A DNA stretch of 64,000 nucleotides from an uncultured Clostridium sp. (GTDB lineage Bacteria; Bacillota; Clostridia; TANB77; CAG-508). Location of the stretch: NCBI GenBank assembly GCA_902496295.1, contig CABVAF010000003.1, positions 3,356 through 67,355 of the forward strand. Direction: 5' to 3'. Position numbers and translations under genes: made by a program. Under the pieces are notes generated by a model. That model made no database searches. It had not been told where the DNA came from and was given only the letters and a program-made list of their open reading frames with translations. This document shows, in pieces, positions 31,286 through 41,386 of this stretch. How positions within the stretch are numbered: position 1 is the first letter of the stretch; the number at the start of each line of letters is the position of its first letter.

Positions 31286-31735
31286 ATGAGAATGTCAGAT
31301 ATAATAGAAGAATTTATAAAAGAAATGTTTGATGAGACAGACTTTATAGAAATACAGAGAAATGATTTAGCACAACAATTTAATTGTGTCCCATCCCAAA
31401 TAAATTATGTTATCTCAACAAGATTTAAACCTTCACAAGGTTATTATGTAGAAAGTAAAAGAGGTGGAGGAGGTCACATAACAATAAAAAGAATAAATAC
31501 AACTAAGAGCAATGCTTTAATGCATATTATATCTAGCATTGGAGATAAGTTAACAGCACAAGAGGTAGATATATTTATAAGAAATTTACTTTCTAAAACC
31601 TATATAAATGAGGTAGAAGCAAAATTATTAAAAGTAGCAACAAGTGACAATGTTCTTACTATACCAAATGAAATAAGAGACATTATAAGAGCAAGAATAT
31701 TTAAAAATATGCTTATAAATTTAGTTGAAGAATAA
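31286..31735 (+). CDS. ctsR: class III stress gene repressor CtsR
   Basis: Carries the conserved VPSQINYVISTRF and ESKRGGGGHI motifs. Confidence 0.85.
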   Translation: MRMSDIIEEFIKEMFDETDFIEIQRNDLAQQFNCVPSQINYVISTRFKPSQGYYVESKRGGGGHITIKRINTTKSNALMHIISSIGDKLTAQEVDIFIRNLLSKTYINEVEAKLLKVATSDNVLTIPNEIRDIIRARIFKNMLINLVEE

Positions 31736-31819
31736 AACGAAAGATAAATATTATAAATTTAATATAAGAAATAGTAAAACAATAATTAAGAACATAAAAA
31801 ATAAAGGAGGTAGATTTTT

Positions 31820-32395
31820 ATGTTATGTCAAAATTGTGGAAAGAATGAGGTTAATTTTAGATATACTCAAATAGTAAATGGTGTTAAAAAGGAAATGGCT
31901 TTATGTGATAATTGTGCTAAAAAATTAGGATTATATAAAGATATGGATTTTAGTATGCCAATTAGTATGTCAAGCTTTTTAGGAGACATGTTAAATGATT
32001 ACAGTGACGAAGCTTTTTTACCAAGTTTTAGTAGTATTGCAACGTCAGAATGTAATAATTGTAAAACAAGTTATGACGAATTTATAGAAAGTGGATTATT
32101 AGGGTGTGAAAACTGTTATGATGTATTTTCAAATAAAATAGATTCATTGTTAAAAAATATTCATGGGTCAAATAGACATGTGGGAAGAATAAGCAAATTT
32201 ATAGAAAATAATAATAATTTAGAGAAAGATAGGAAAAATGAAAAGAAAGACAATTTAAAAGATAAAGGCAGTAAATTAGATAAAACATCAAAAATTGATG
32301 AATTGAAAGAAAAACTTAATAAAGCTATAAAAGAAGAACGCTATGAAGATGCAGCTAAAATAAGAGACGAAATAAAAAAAGAAGAAAAGAAATAA
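31820..32395 (+). CDS. mcsA: McsA-like zinc-finger/UVR-domain protein
   Basis: Four CxxC pairs and a C-terminal UVR motif. Sits between ctsR and mcsB. Confidence 0.7.
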   Translation: MLCQNCGKNEVNFRYTQIVNGVKKEMALCDNCAKKLGLYKDMDFSMPISMSSFLGDMLNDYSDEAFLPSFSSIATSECNNCKTSYDEFIESGLLGCENCYDVFSNKIDSLLKNIHGSNRHVGRISKFIENNNNLEKDRKNEKKDNLKDKGSKLDKTSKIDELKEKLNKAIKEERYEDAAKIRDEIKKEEKK

Positions 32396-32515
32396 AACGA
32401 AGAACAAAATGGTAAAAAGCAAAATAGAAAAGCAAAATGCAAAAAATAAAACACAATAATAAAATGCAAGAGATATGTTAAACATAAAAGTATAGATTAA
32501 GAAGGGAGATAAAAT

Positions 32516-33550
32516 ATGTCTAATTGGTATATTCAAACTGGTAGAGATTCAGATATTGTTATAAGCTCAAGAGTAAGGCTTGCAAGAAATATAAAAGGAA
32601 TTCCATTTATTACTAAATGTAAGCAAGAAGATTTGGAAAATGTAATAGAAATAATTAATAATATAGTAAATAATTTAGGATATGGTTTAAAACTTTTTAA
32701 AATGGATAAAATAGATAATGTAACTAAACTAAGTTTAGTAGAAAAGCATTTAATAAGTCCGGAATTTGTGTCAAAAACGGAGAATTCTGTAACACAAAAC
32801 TTAAAGGCAATTTTATTAAATGAAGACGAAAATATTTGTATAATGATAAATGAAGAAGATCATTTAAGAATACAAGTATTTAGTGCAGGTTTAGACCTAG
32901 AAAATTTAAAGAATTTAATTGTAGAAATTGACGAGAAAATTGATGAGGTTTGTCATTATTCATGTAGTGAAAAATATGGATATTTAACAGCATGTCCAAC
33001 AAATGTAGGAACGGGTATGAGAGCGTCTGTTATGGTACATCTTCCAGCTTTAACTATGACAGGAAATATTAATAAAGTTTTACAAATAGTTAACAGTTTT
33101 GGTATGAATATAAGAGGATTATATGGAGAAGGCACTCAAAGTGTAGGAAATGTATATCAGATTTCAAACAATCAATCTTTAGGTTTAACAGAGGATGAAA
33201 TTGTTAAAAATTTAAATGCAATCACATCAAAAATAATAGAACAAGAAAGATTGGCTAGAAAAAATCTAACAAAAGATTCTATAGATTTAGAAGATAGAAT
33301 TTGTCGTTCATATGGAATATTAACTAATGCAAGAAGGCTTACTTCTGAAGAATGCTTAAAGCTTTGGTCAGATGTAAAACTAGGAATGGATTTAGGAATA
33401 ATAGAAGGGTTAACAGATTTAAAAGTAAACAAAATACAGATATATAGTCAATCTGGAAATCTACAAAAATACTTAGGAAATCAGTTAAACGCATATGAAA
33501 GAGACATAGAGAGACCAAAATTAATTAAGAAAATTATAGCTGAAAATTAA
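32516..33550 (+). CDS. mcsB: protein arginine kinase McsB
   Basis: Phosphagen-kinase domain (CPTNVGTGMRASV). Confidence 0.85.
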   Translation: MSNWYIQTGRDSDIVISSRVRLARNIKGIPFITKCKQEDLENVIEIINNIVNNLGYGLKLFKMDKIDNVTKLSLVEKHLISPEFVSKTENSVTQNLKAILLNEDENICIMINEEDHLRIQVFSAGLDLENLKNLIVEIDEKIDEVCHYSCSEKYGYLTACPTNVGTGMRASVMVHLPALTMTGNINKVLQIVNSFGMNIRGLYGEGTQSVGNVYQISNNQSLGLTEDEIVKNLNAITSKIIEQERLARKNLTKDSIDLEDRICRSYGILTNARRLTSEECLKLWSDVKLGMDLGIIEGLTDLKVNKIQIYSQSGNLQKYLGNQLNAYERDIERPKLIKKIIAEN

Positions 33551-33569
33551 AAGAAAGGAAGTGTAATAT

Positions 33570-36017
33570 ATGATTTATAAATTTACAAATAGAGCAGAAA
33601 AAGCTCTAGAAATAGCTAATGACTTGGCAACAGAGCTAGGACACAATTACATAGGTACAGAGCATTTGCTATATGGTTTAGCTAAAGAGGGAACCGGAGT
33701 TGCAAGTAAAGTAATAGAAATGCAAGATGTTACACCAGAAAAGATAAAAGAGGAAATAGAAGCATTAATTGGAGTAGGAGCAGAGCTTGAAAATGGTACA
33801 GTTGGATTTACTCCAAGGACAAAAAGAGTTATAGAAAACGCATTTAAAGAGGCAAGAAAATTAGGTTCTGAATACATTGGTACAGAACATCTTTTAGTAG
33901 GAATAATGCGTGAAGGAGATAGTATAGCAGTTCGTATAATGATGAACTTAAATATAAATCCTCAAAGATTATATTCAGAAATATTGAAGGTGATAAATGA
34001 GGACGAAGCAGCTATAAATAATGAAAAATCAAATAATAGTGGTACTTACGGTAGTTATAATCAAACTACTACATTAAATCAATATGGTGCAGATTTAACA
34101 AAACAAGCAAAAGATGGAAAACTTGATCCTATAATTGGTAGAAAAAAAGAAATAGAAAGAGTAATTGAAATTTTATCTAGAAGAACAAAAAATAATCCTT
34201 GTTTAATAGGAGAACCTGGTGTTGGTAAGACAGCAGTAGTAGAGGGGTTAGCTGAAAAAATAATTGCAGAAGATGTACCAGAGATGCTAAAAAATAAAAG
34301 AGTTGTTAGTATAGACATATCAAGCATGGTTGCAGGGGCTAAATATAGAGGAGATTTTGAAGAAAGAATTAAAAAGTGTTTAGAAGAAGTTAAAAAAGTA
34401 AAAGATGTTATACTATTTATAGATGAAATTCATACTATTGTAGGTGCTGGCTCTGCAGAAGGCGCAGTAGATGCAGCAAATATTTTAAAACCACTTTTAG
34501 CAAGAGGTGAGGTTCAGGTAGTTGGTGCTACAACTTTAAATGAATATAGAAAATACATAGAAAAAGATGCGGCACTTGAAAGAAGATTTAGCCCAGTAAC
34601 TGTTGGAGAACCTACAACAGAAGAAACGATACAAATATTAAATGGTATTAGAGATAAATATGAAGCACATCATAATGTAAAAATTAGTGAAGAGGCTATA
34701 AAAGCAGCAGTTAATTTATCAGTTAGATACATTAATGATAGGTTTTTACCAGATAAAGCAATAGACTTAGTAGACGAAGCGGCATCAAGAGTAAAAATGA
34801 AAACATATACAATTCCAGATTCACTAAAAAAACTAGAAGAAAAAATTGCAGATTTAGATAAAGAAAAAGAAGAAGCAATTAGAGTACAAGATTTTGAGAA
34901 AGCTGCTGTGCTAAGAGACGAAGAAAATAAAGCAAAAGACGAACTTGAAAAAGGTAAAGAAAAATGGCATAGCAAAAATAGTAAAAATGTTGTAACTTTA
35001 ACAGAAGAAGACATTGCGGATGTAGTGGCAAACTGGACAGGAATACCAGTTAAAAAGATAAGCCAAGATGAAAATGAAAGACTTAAAAATTTAGAGCAAG
35101 AACTTCATAAAAGAGTTATAGGTCAAAACGAAGCGGTAGAAGCAGTTGCAAAAGCAATAAGAAGAGGAAGATTAGGATTAAAAGACCCTAATAGACCAAT
35201 TGGTTCATTCTTATTTTTAGGACCAACAGGTGTAGGTAAAACTGAACTTTCAAAAGCTTTAACAGAAAGTCTATTTGGTTCAGAAGATTCTATGATAAGA
35301 ATAGATATGTCAGAATATATGGAGCCACATTCTGTATCTAAATTAATTGGTTCTCCTCCAGGATATGTTGGTTTTGATGATGGTGGACAATTAACTGAAA
35401 AAATTAGAAGAAAACCATATTCAGTAATTTTGTTTGATGAAATAGAAAAAGCTCATCCAGATGTAATGAACATGTTACTTCAAATATTAGATGATGGACG
35501 TTTAACAGATGCACAGGGAAGAACTGTTAACTTTAAGAATACAGTAATTATAATGACATCAAATGTAGGAGCAAGGTTAATTACAGATAAAACATCTTTA
35601 GGATTTTCAGACAATAGTAATAAAGATGCAAATGCAGAAAAAGACTATGAAAATACAAAAAAAGATGTAATGGCAGAATTGAAGAGACAATTTAGACCAG
35701 AATTTTTAAACAGAATTGACGAAATTATAGTATTCCATAAGTTAAATGACGATGATGTTAAGAAAATTATAGATATTATGATTAGCCAGTTAGCAAAGAG
35801 GCTTGAGGCACAAGATATTACACTAGATATAGATAACAAAGTAAAAGAATTAATAGCAAAAAACGGTGTAGATAAAAATTATGGTGCAAGACCACTTAAA
35901 AGAGCAATTCAAAATATGTTAGAAGATAAAATAGCAGAAGAGATGCTAGATGGTAATATAAAACAAGGAAAGAAGAGTTTAGCAACAGTTGAAGAGGATA
36001 AAATTGTAATAAAATAA
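33570..36017 (+). CDS. clpC: ATP-dependent Clp protease ATPase subunit ClpC
   Basis: Clp_N repeats, two AAA+ modules (GEPGVGKT; GPTGVGKT) and a UVR linker. Confidence 0.9.
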   Translation: MIYKFTNRAEKALEIANDLATELGHNYIGTEHLLYGLAKEGTGVASKVIEMQDVTPEKIKEEIEALIGVGAELENGTVGFTPRTKRVIENAFKEARKLGSEYIGTEHLLVGIMREGDSIAVRIMMNLNINPQRLYSEILKVINEDEAAINNEKSNNSGTYGSYNQTTTLNQYGADLTKQAKDGKLDPIIGRKKEIERVIEILSRRTKNNPCLIGEPGVGKTAVVEGLAEKIIAEDVPEMLKNKRVVSIDISSMVAGAKYRGDFEERIKKCLEEVKKVKDVILFIDEIHTIVGAGSAEGAVDAANILKPLLARGEVQVVGATTLNEYRKYIEKDAALERRFSPVTVGEPTTEETIQILNGIRDKYEAHHNVKISEEAIKAAVNLSVRYINDRFLPDKAIDLVDEAASRVKMKTYTIPDSLKKLEEKIADLDKEKEEAIRVQDFEKAAVLRDEENKAKDELEKGKEKWHSKNSKNVVTLTEEDIADVVANWTGIPVKKISQDENERLKNLEQELHKRVIGQNEAVEAVAKAIRRGRLGLKDPNRPIGSFLFLGPTGVGKTELSKALTESLFGSEDSMIRIDMSEYMEPHSVSKLIGSPPGYVGFDDGGQLTEKIRRKPYSVILFDEIEKAHPDVMNMLLQILDDGRLTDAQGRTVNFKNTVIIMTSNVGARLITDKTSLGFSDNSNKDANAEKDYENTKKDVMAELKRQFRPEFLNRIDEIIVFHKLNDDDVKKIIDIMISQLAKRLEAQDITLDIDNKVKELIAKNGVDKNYGARPLKRAIQNMLEDKIAEEMLDGNIKQGKKSLATVEEDKIVIK

Positions 36018-36076
36018 TTGCTAAAAGTAAAACCACATGCTATAATAGGTTCATACCAAAAGAGAAGGTGTATGAG

Positions 36077-36424
36077 ATGGACTTTATAATAGCATGTGTT
36101 TTTATTTTATTATTTATAGTTATTGCATTAGTTCTACTTGCTTTTTTTCAAATACGAATGGCAGGTATTAAGATAAAAGATTTTTATGGTTTTATACAAG
36201 CAAATGAGATGTTAGATAAGCTAGCAAGGTTTGCTAGAAAATATGAAAGTATGTCTCCACAAGAGCAGATAATATACCTAAAAGAAGCAGAAAAAATATT
36301 TGAAGCATATGATAAAATTCCAACTGCAATTTGGGAAGACCAATATAGAGAATATCAAAAAGTATTAGATGCATATAAAAATATTAGAGTGTTAAGATGG
36401 AATGAAGAAAACGAAAATAAATAA
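36077..36424 (+). CDS. small membrane-anchored hypothetical protein
   Basis: One TM helix then a charged tail. RBS GGTG. Confidence 0.35.
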   Translation: MDFIIACVFILLFIVIALVLLAFFQIRMAGIKIKDFYGFIQANEMLDKLARFARKYESMSPQEQIIYLKEAEKIFEAYDKIPTAIWEDQYREYQKVLDAYKNIRVLRWNEENENK

Positions 36425-36610
36425 TAAAGTTTTATATATTTAATTTTAATTTAATAGTAATAATAGATAAATAATAGCGTAAGTTATTATTTATTTTTTG
36501 TTTAATAGAATTTTTTGTAAAAGAATAGAAATAATATTCATATAATATAAATAAGATGGATTAAAATTTTAAAAGCTATAAAAATTACAGTAAAAGAGAG
36601 GTTTTATTAT

Positions 36611-37744
36611 ATGGATATTAAATATTTTGACCATGCTGCGACAACTGCAGTTGCACCTGAAGTATTACGTGAAATGATACCATACTTTAGTAAGAACTAT
36701 GGGAATGCGTCATCCATGTATGAAATTGCAAGAGTTTCTAAAAAAGCAATGAATGAAGCAAGAGCAAGAGTAGCACATGCAATTGGTGCATCTCCTAGAG
36801 AAATATATTTTACATCTTGTGGAAGTGAAAGCGACAATTTGGCAATTAAAGGAATTGCATATGCGAATAAAGAAAAAGGAAAGCATATAATTACAAGTAA
36901 AGTAGAGCATAATGCTGTTTTAAGTTCGTGTTCTAGATTAGAAGAGCAAGGTTTTGAGGTTACGTATCTTAATGTAGATGAATATGGTTTCATAGATTTA
37001 AATGAATTAGAAAATGCAATAAGAGAAGATACTATTTTAATTACAATAATGTTTGCAAATAATGAAGTAGGAACAATTGAGCCAATAGAAGATATCGCAA
37101 AAATAGCTCATAATCATAATATAGTTTTCCATACAGATGCAGTCCAAGCTATAGGTAATGTTAGAATAGATGTTAGAAAAATGGGAATAGATGCACTTTC
37201 TATGTCTGCACACAAATTTTATGGACCAAAGGGAATAGGAGCTCTTTATGTAAAAGATGGAATAGAATTTCAAAGAATTCAAGACGGAGGACACCAAGAA
37301 AGAGATAAAAGAGCAGGAACAGAAAATGTTGCAGAAATTGTTGGAATTGGAAAAGCTATAGAACTTGCATACCAAAATTTCGATAGACATTGTGAGTATT
37401 TAAAAAGCATAAGAGATTACTATATAAGTAAAGTTGAAAAAGAAATTCCATATGCAAAATTGAATGGAGATAGAGTAAAAAGATTACCTGGAAATGCCAA
37501 CTTTTCTTTTGATGGATTAAGCGGAGAAAAAATGTTATTTACTTTAGACCTACATGGAATTTGTGCTTCAGCAGGTTCAGCATGCGCTACCGGCTCACTT
37601 CTTCCATCACATGTTCTTTCAGCAATGGGAGTGCCAGATAGTTTAGCTTCAGGAACATTAAGAACAACTTTTGGAGTAGAAAATACAAAAGAAGATATTG
37701 ATTATTTGGTAAATTGTTTAAAAAATATTAAGCCTAATAGTTAG
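36611..37744 (+). CDS. cysteine desulfurase (NifS/IscS class)
   Basis: PLP-binding SAHKFYGPKG and active-site SAGSAC motifs. Confidence 0.85.
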   Translation: MDIKYFDHAATTAVAPEVLREMIPYFSKNYGNASSMYEIARVSKKAMNEARARVAHAIGASPREIYFTSCGSESDNLAIKGIAYANKEKGKHIITSKVEHNAVLSSCSRLEEQGFEVTYLNVDEYGFIDLNELENAIREDTILITIMFANNEVGTIEPIEDIAKIAHNHNIVFHTDAVQAIGNVRIDVRKMGIDALSMSAHKFYGPKGIGALYVKDGIEFQRIQDGGHQERDKRAGTENVAEIVGIGKAIELAYQNFDRHCEYLKSIRDYYISKVEKEIPYAKLNGDRVKRLPGNANFSFDGLSGEKMLFTLDLHGICASAGSACATGSLLPSHVLSAMGVPDSLASGTLRTTFGVENTKEDIDYLVNCLKNIKPNS

Positions 37745-37827
37745 AATTTATAGTTAAAAGATAGATTATAATAGAGTTTGTCTAGTTTGATATGTGAATT
37801 TTAGAATATAAAATAAAAAAGAGGAAG

Positions 37828-37860
37828 CCCCTGCATTTCTGCAGGGGCTTTGACTTTGTA
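37828..37860 (-). terminator. GC-rich hairpin terminator of the secreted-protein gene
   Basis: AAGCCCCTGCAG/CTGCAGGGGCTT stem then T-run on the minus strand. Confidence 0.7.
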
Positions 37861-37897
37861 GCATACACTTCGCAAAGATAACCAAGCAATTGTAAAG

Positions 37898-38893
37898 TTA
37901 CTTGTAGATATGGACAATCCCAGGTCCACCAGCGGAAATCATGGAATTGTCATACCAGATGTTCAGTCCGAACGCTTCTACGACGAAGCGAGCGGGCACC
38001 AGGGTGCGATTCCCAGAAATCATTGGAGCAACCGCCATTTGCAGCCACTTACCGTCATACCGCATATATGGATATGCGATATAGAGGTTAATAACGTGGC
38101 TCCTATTGGAGATGTTCACCTGCTGAGCTTGTCCGCCAACCCACTTAACATCGTAGCCAAGCATATCACCAAGGCTGTACACTGGAATCATGGTGTATCC
38201 CGGATCCACCACAATGGGTTGCTGGTCAGGGAAGTTTACGCGCTCCCCGTTCAACATAACGATAATCGGCGTGCGACCATCGTTGTTGATAAATACGCTA
38301 TCATCATAACGATAGTACTTGTATCCTAGAGCTGTTGCCCACTGCTGAAGAGTCTGATAAGTGGTATTGGCGTTCGAAGGAACCGTTCCGAAAATTGCCT
38401 TCAAACTATCGGTTTGAGGGTAGTTGACGTAGACGTTGGAGTCATTGCTGCCAAAACGATAGGCAGCATTGGAAACGTAATAACCGTTCCTGTACACCTT
38501 TACGGTGTTGATAAATGGCTCATCATCGTCATAGTCAGGATCGTCAAGAACCGGATCGTCGTAATCTCTACCGTCCGAGTAGAGATATACTTTATTATTT
38601 TTCACGTTGAAATCATAGCCAAATTCGTCTGCCCAATCACTCAGGCAAACATCATCCTTGGGGCTGGCGCTGAGCACGTCCTCGGTTTCGTCCGGAAAGA
38701 TTTTACGAATGTCATCCCAGGACTCCACCCAGACATCGTCGTGCCGGTCAAGGTAAGCGTTGTTTACGCCAGTGTAGTCGTTGTCAACGTACACCTTCAT
38801 GGAGCCACTTGCAGCAAATGCCACAGTGCTCATGGAGAAGACCATAACTACCGCAAGAAGGGTAGAGATAGCCCGTTTGATGTTCTTAAACAT
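37898..38893 (-). CDS. secreted protein with C-terminal copper-amine-oxidase N-terminal-like (Cu_amine_oxidN1) domain; GC-rich (~50%) gene
   Basis: Signal peptide MFKNIKRAISTLLAVVMVFSMSTVAFA. C-terminus ...APMISGNRTLVPARFVVEAFGLNIWYD matches the stalk-domain pattern. RBS GAAGGAGG. Confidence 0.6.
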   Translation of the reverse strand: MFKNIKRAISTLLAVVMVFSMSTVAFAASGSMKVYVDNDYTGVNNAYLDRHDDVWVESWDDIRKIFPDETEDVLSASPKDDVCLSDWADEFGYDFNVKNNKVYLYSDGRDYDDPVLDDPDYDDDEPFINTVKVYRNGYYVSNAAYRFGSNDSNVYVNYPQTDSLKAIFGTVPSNANTTYQTLQQWATALGYKYYRYDDSVFINNDGRTPIIVMLNGERVNFPDQQPIVVDPGYTMIPVYSLGDMLGYDVKWVGGQAQQVNISNRSHVINLYIAYPYMRYDGKWLQMAVAPMISGNRTLVPARFVVEAFGLNIWYDNSMISAGGPGIVHIYK

Positions 38894-39199
38894 GAAAATG
38901 CCTCCTTCTAAAATTTAAGCGAAATGTTAGTTGTCAATGTTCAGTGCATGCTTTAGAGTCATTCCTCCCATATATAAAAAATTATATATAAACATATTGT
39001 AAGTAGCCAAAGGCTAACCTCCAATATGGAAATGCATTATGGTCATTAGACCAAAACGCTAAGCGATGCTTAAAATAAAAGCAATGCTAATATAATTATA
39101 GCACAAATATTGGAAATAAGCAACGAGAGTTAGTTTATGTGAATAAACTAATAAATTGTGGAAATAATAAACTTAAAATTAGATGAATAGTGATTTATT

Positions 39200-39547
39200 A
39201 TGTGGAAGAAGTTAATAATTGGATTAATAGCAGGAATTATAAGTGGATTTTTTTCTGCTGGTGGAGGTTTAATTTTAGTCCCTTCATTTGTTTATTTTTT
39301 GAATTTAGATGAGAAAAAAGCAAGAGCTACTTCACTTTTTTGTATGTTACCAATGGTACTAACAACAGCTTTTTTCTATGGAAGAAATAATTTTATACAT
39401 TGGGATATAGGAATAAAGTGTGCAATCGGAGGAATTATTGGAGGAATTATTGGAGCAAAACTATTAAATAAAATACCAAATAAATATTTAAAAATTATTT
39501 TTGCTGCGTTCTTAGTATATGCAGGAATTAGCTTAATTATTAAATAG
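39200..39547 (+). CDS. half-size TauE/SafE (DUF81) family membrane protein
   Basis: 115 aa, 4 TM helices, Gly-rich motifs. Confidence 0.55.
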   Translation: MWKKLIIGLIAGIISGFFSAGGGLILVPSFVYFLNLDEKKARATSLFCMLPMVLTTAFFYGRNNFIHWDIGIKCAIGGIIGGIIGAKLLNKIPNKYLKIIFAAFLVYAGISLIIK

Positions 39548-39641
39548 GGTTATATAGAATTTTAAAGAATAAATAAAAATGGTAAAAGTATTAGAATTAA
39601 TTATAGTTTAGAGTGACAAATTTAATTTTATAGGGTAGATT

Positions 39642-40019
39642 ATGTTAGAAATTTTAATTGGTTTAATTTCAGGAATTATAAGTGGAACTGGTATGGGAGG
39701 AGGAACTATTTTAATACTTCTTCTTTCAGTATTTATTGGACTTGACCAACATGTGGCTCAAGCTACTAATTTGGTATTTTTTATACCTACTGCTATTGCT
39801 GCAATTTTTATTAGTTTGAGAAAGAAAAAGATAGACTTAAAAGTAGGGACAATTATAATAATAACAGGAATAGTAGGAGCAGCCATAGGAGCTATAATTT
39901 CTAGTAAAATGAATGTTAATTTGTTGAGAAAAATTTTTGGAATTTTCTTACTTTTTATAGCAATTTATGAAATTTATTCTTGGTATAAGATGTATATAAA
40001 AAATAAAAATAAGACATAA
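39642..40019 (+). CDS. half-size TauE/SafE (DUF81) family membrane protein, partner of 39200..39547
   Basis: 125 aa with 4 TM helices and a GMGGG motif. Confidence 0.55.
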   Translation: MLEILIGLISGIISGTGMGGGTILILLLSVFIGLDQHVAQATNLVFFIPTAIAAIFISLRKKKIDLKVGTIIIITGIVGAAIGAIISSKMNVNLLRKIFGIFLLFIAIYEIYSWYKMYIKNKNKT

Positions 40020-40079
40020 TAAAAACAAGAAATAAAATATTTCAAATTTACAAAATTTATAAAATAAGGAGGAATTTAA

Positions 40080-40220
40080 ATGAAATTTGTTAAAGGAATG
40101 TTAGTTGGAGGATTAATATCAGCAGGTGTTGCTATGATTTATGCAGGAACTATGGAACAAAATAAGAAAAAAGTAATGAAAAAAGGAAAACAGTTTGCTA
40201 AAAAATTAGGTATTATGTAA
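40080..40220 (+). CDS. small (46 aa) membrane peptide
   Basis: RBS AAGGAGGA 7 nt upstream. Followed by the terminator at 40261-40305. Confidence 0.3.
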   Translation: MKFVKGMLVGGLISAGVAMIYAGTMEQNKKKVMKKGKQFAKKLGIM

Positions 40221-40356
40221 GAAAAATATTTTTTAGCGTTTGTTATAATATTGCAAACATAAAAAACAAACTTCAGAAAAATAAATCTGAAGTTTGTTTT
40301 TTGCTATCTATATTTTATAGTGTTTTCTATCTTAGAATTTTAAATAAAACAAATAA

Positions 40357-40797
40357 TTAGCAAGGTTTTTCAGGTTTGCATGGAAGTTCTGGCTTGCATG
40401 GCTTATCTGGTCTACATGGTGGGCAGTCTAACTTTATTCCCTTTAGACATTTTCCTTCATGTTTACTTTCTACACAAACTTTGCAATGTTTTACTTCGTC
40501 AACCCAAATATTTATTTCATAATATCTATTTGCACAAAGTGGTCCAAATACAAACTCACCATTTTTATCTGTGAAAGTATGAGAAACAGGTCTTCTTTCT
40601 TCCTTTCCACAATCACAAACAACCTCTACTAATTTAACAACAGCATTGTCAACAGGGTCACCATAGCAGTCCTTAACAACTCCATAAATAACACTACGGT
40701 CATCGCATGGTAAAGTAATATCTAGGTCAAATTGTTTGCCAGTTGCAAGTATACCATCTACATTAACAACTGGACAAATTCCTTTATCATATTCCAT
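40357..40797 (-). CDS. cysteine-rich protein with carboxypeptidase-regulatory-like fold and C-terminal PCKPE repeats (possible spore coat/exosporium protein)
   Basis: 146 aa with 14 Cys. Tail reads CPPCRPDKPCKPELPCKPEKPC. RBS GAAGGAGG. Confidence 0.45.
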   Translation of the reverse strand: MEYDKGICPVVNVDGILATGKQFDLDITLPCDDRSVIYGVVKDCYGDPVDNAVVKLVEVVCDCGKEERRPVSHTFTDKNGEFVFGPLCANRYYEINIWVDEVKHCKVCVESKHEGKCLKGIKLDCPPCRPDKPCKPELPCKPEKPC

Positions 40798-41386
40798 TAT
40801 AAATTCCTCCTTCTTGGTATTTATAATATATATTATTCTGAAAAAAATATAATGTGACTTAATTCGACATAAGAATAAATTTAATAAAATTGGAATAAAA
40901 ACTACATTTTGCTCATAATAATAAAATAGATTTTGGCTATGGAGGAAATATGTTTTTTGTAATTAATAAAAATAAAATATATACATATATTATAACTATT
41001 TGTATGGTAGTGGTTCTATTTGTATTATCTTTTGCAATGATAACTAATAGTGATAATACTGTTGTTACATCAACAAATGTAGAAGATAATAATGTTATTT
41101 CTAATACTAATATACAAAATAATAGACTTATATTAAATGAAAATAAGTAACTAGAAAAATATGTATAATTAGAAAGTTTATGGCTATAATTAAAATAAAA
41201 GTGTTTTGCAATTGATATAATATCTGTGTAATAAGTAAAAAAAGGAAAAATAACGAAACAAAATAGAAAAATATAACATTTTATGTAGACAAAGTAAATG
41301 AAAAGTGGTATAATATAAAATGTGGCTGGGTTACAGCTTAAGAGATATTATAAATTTTAAGAAACAAATAAGAGGAGGAAATTAAA

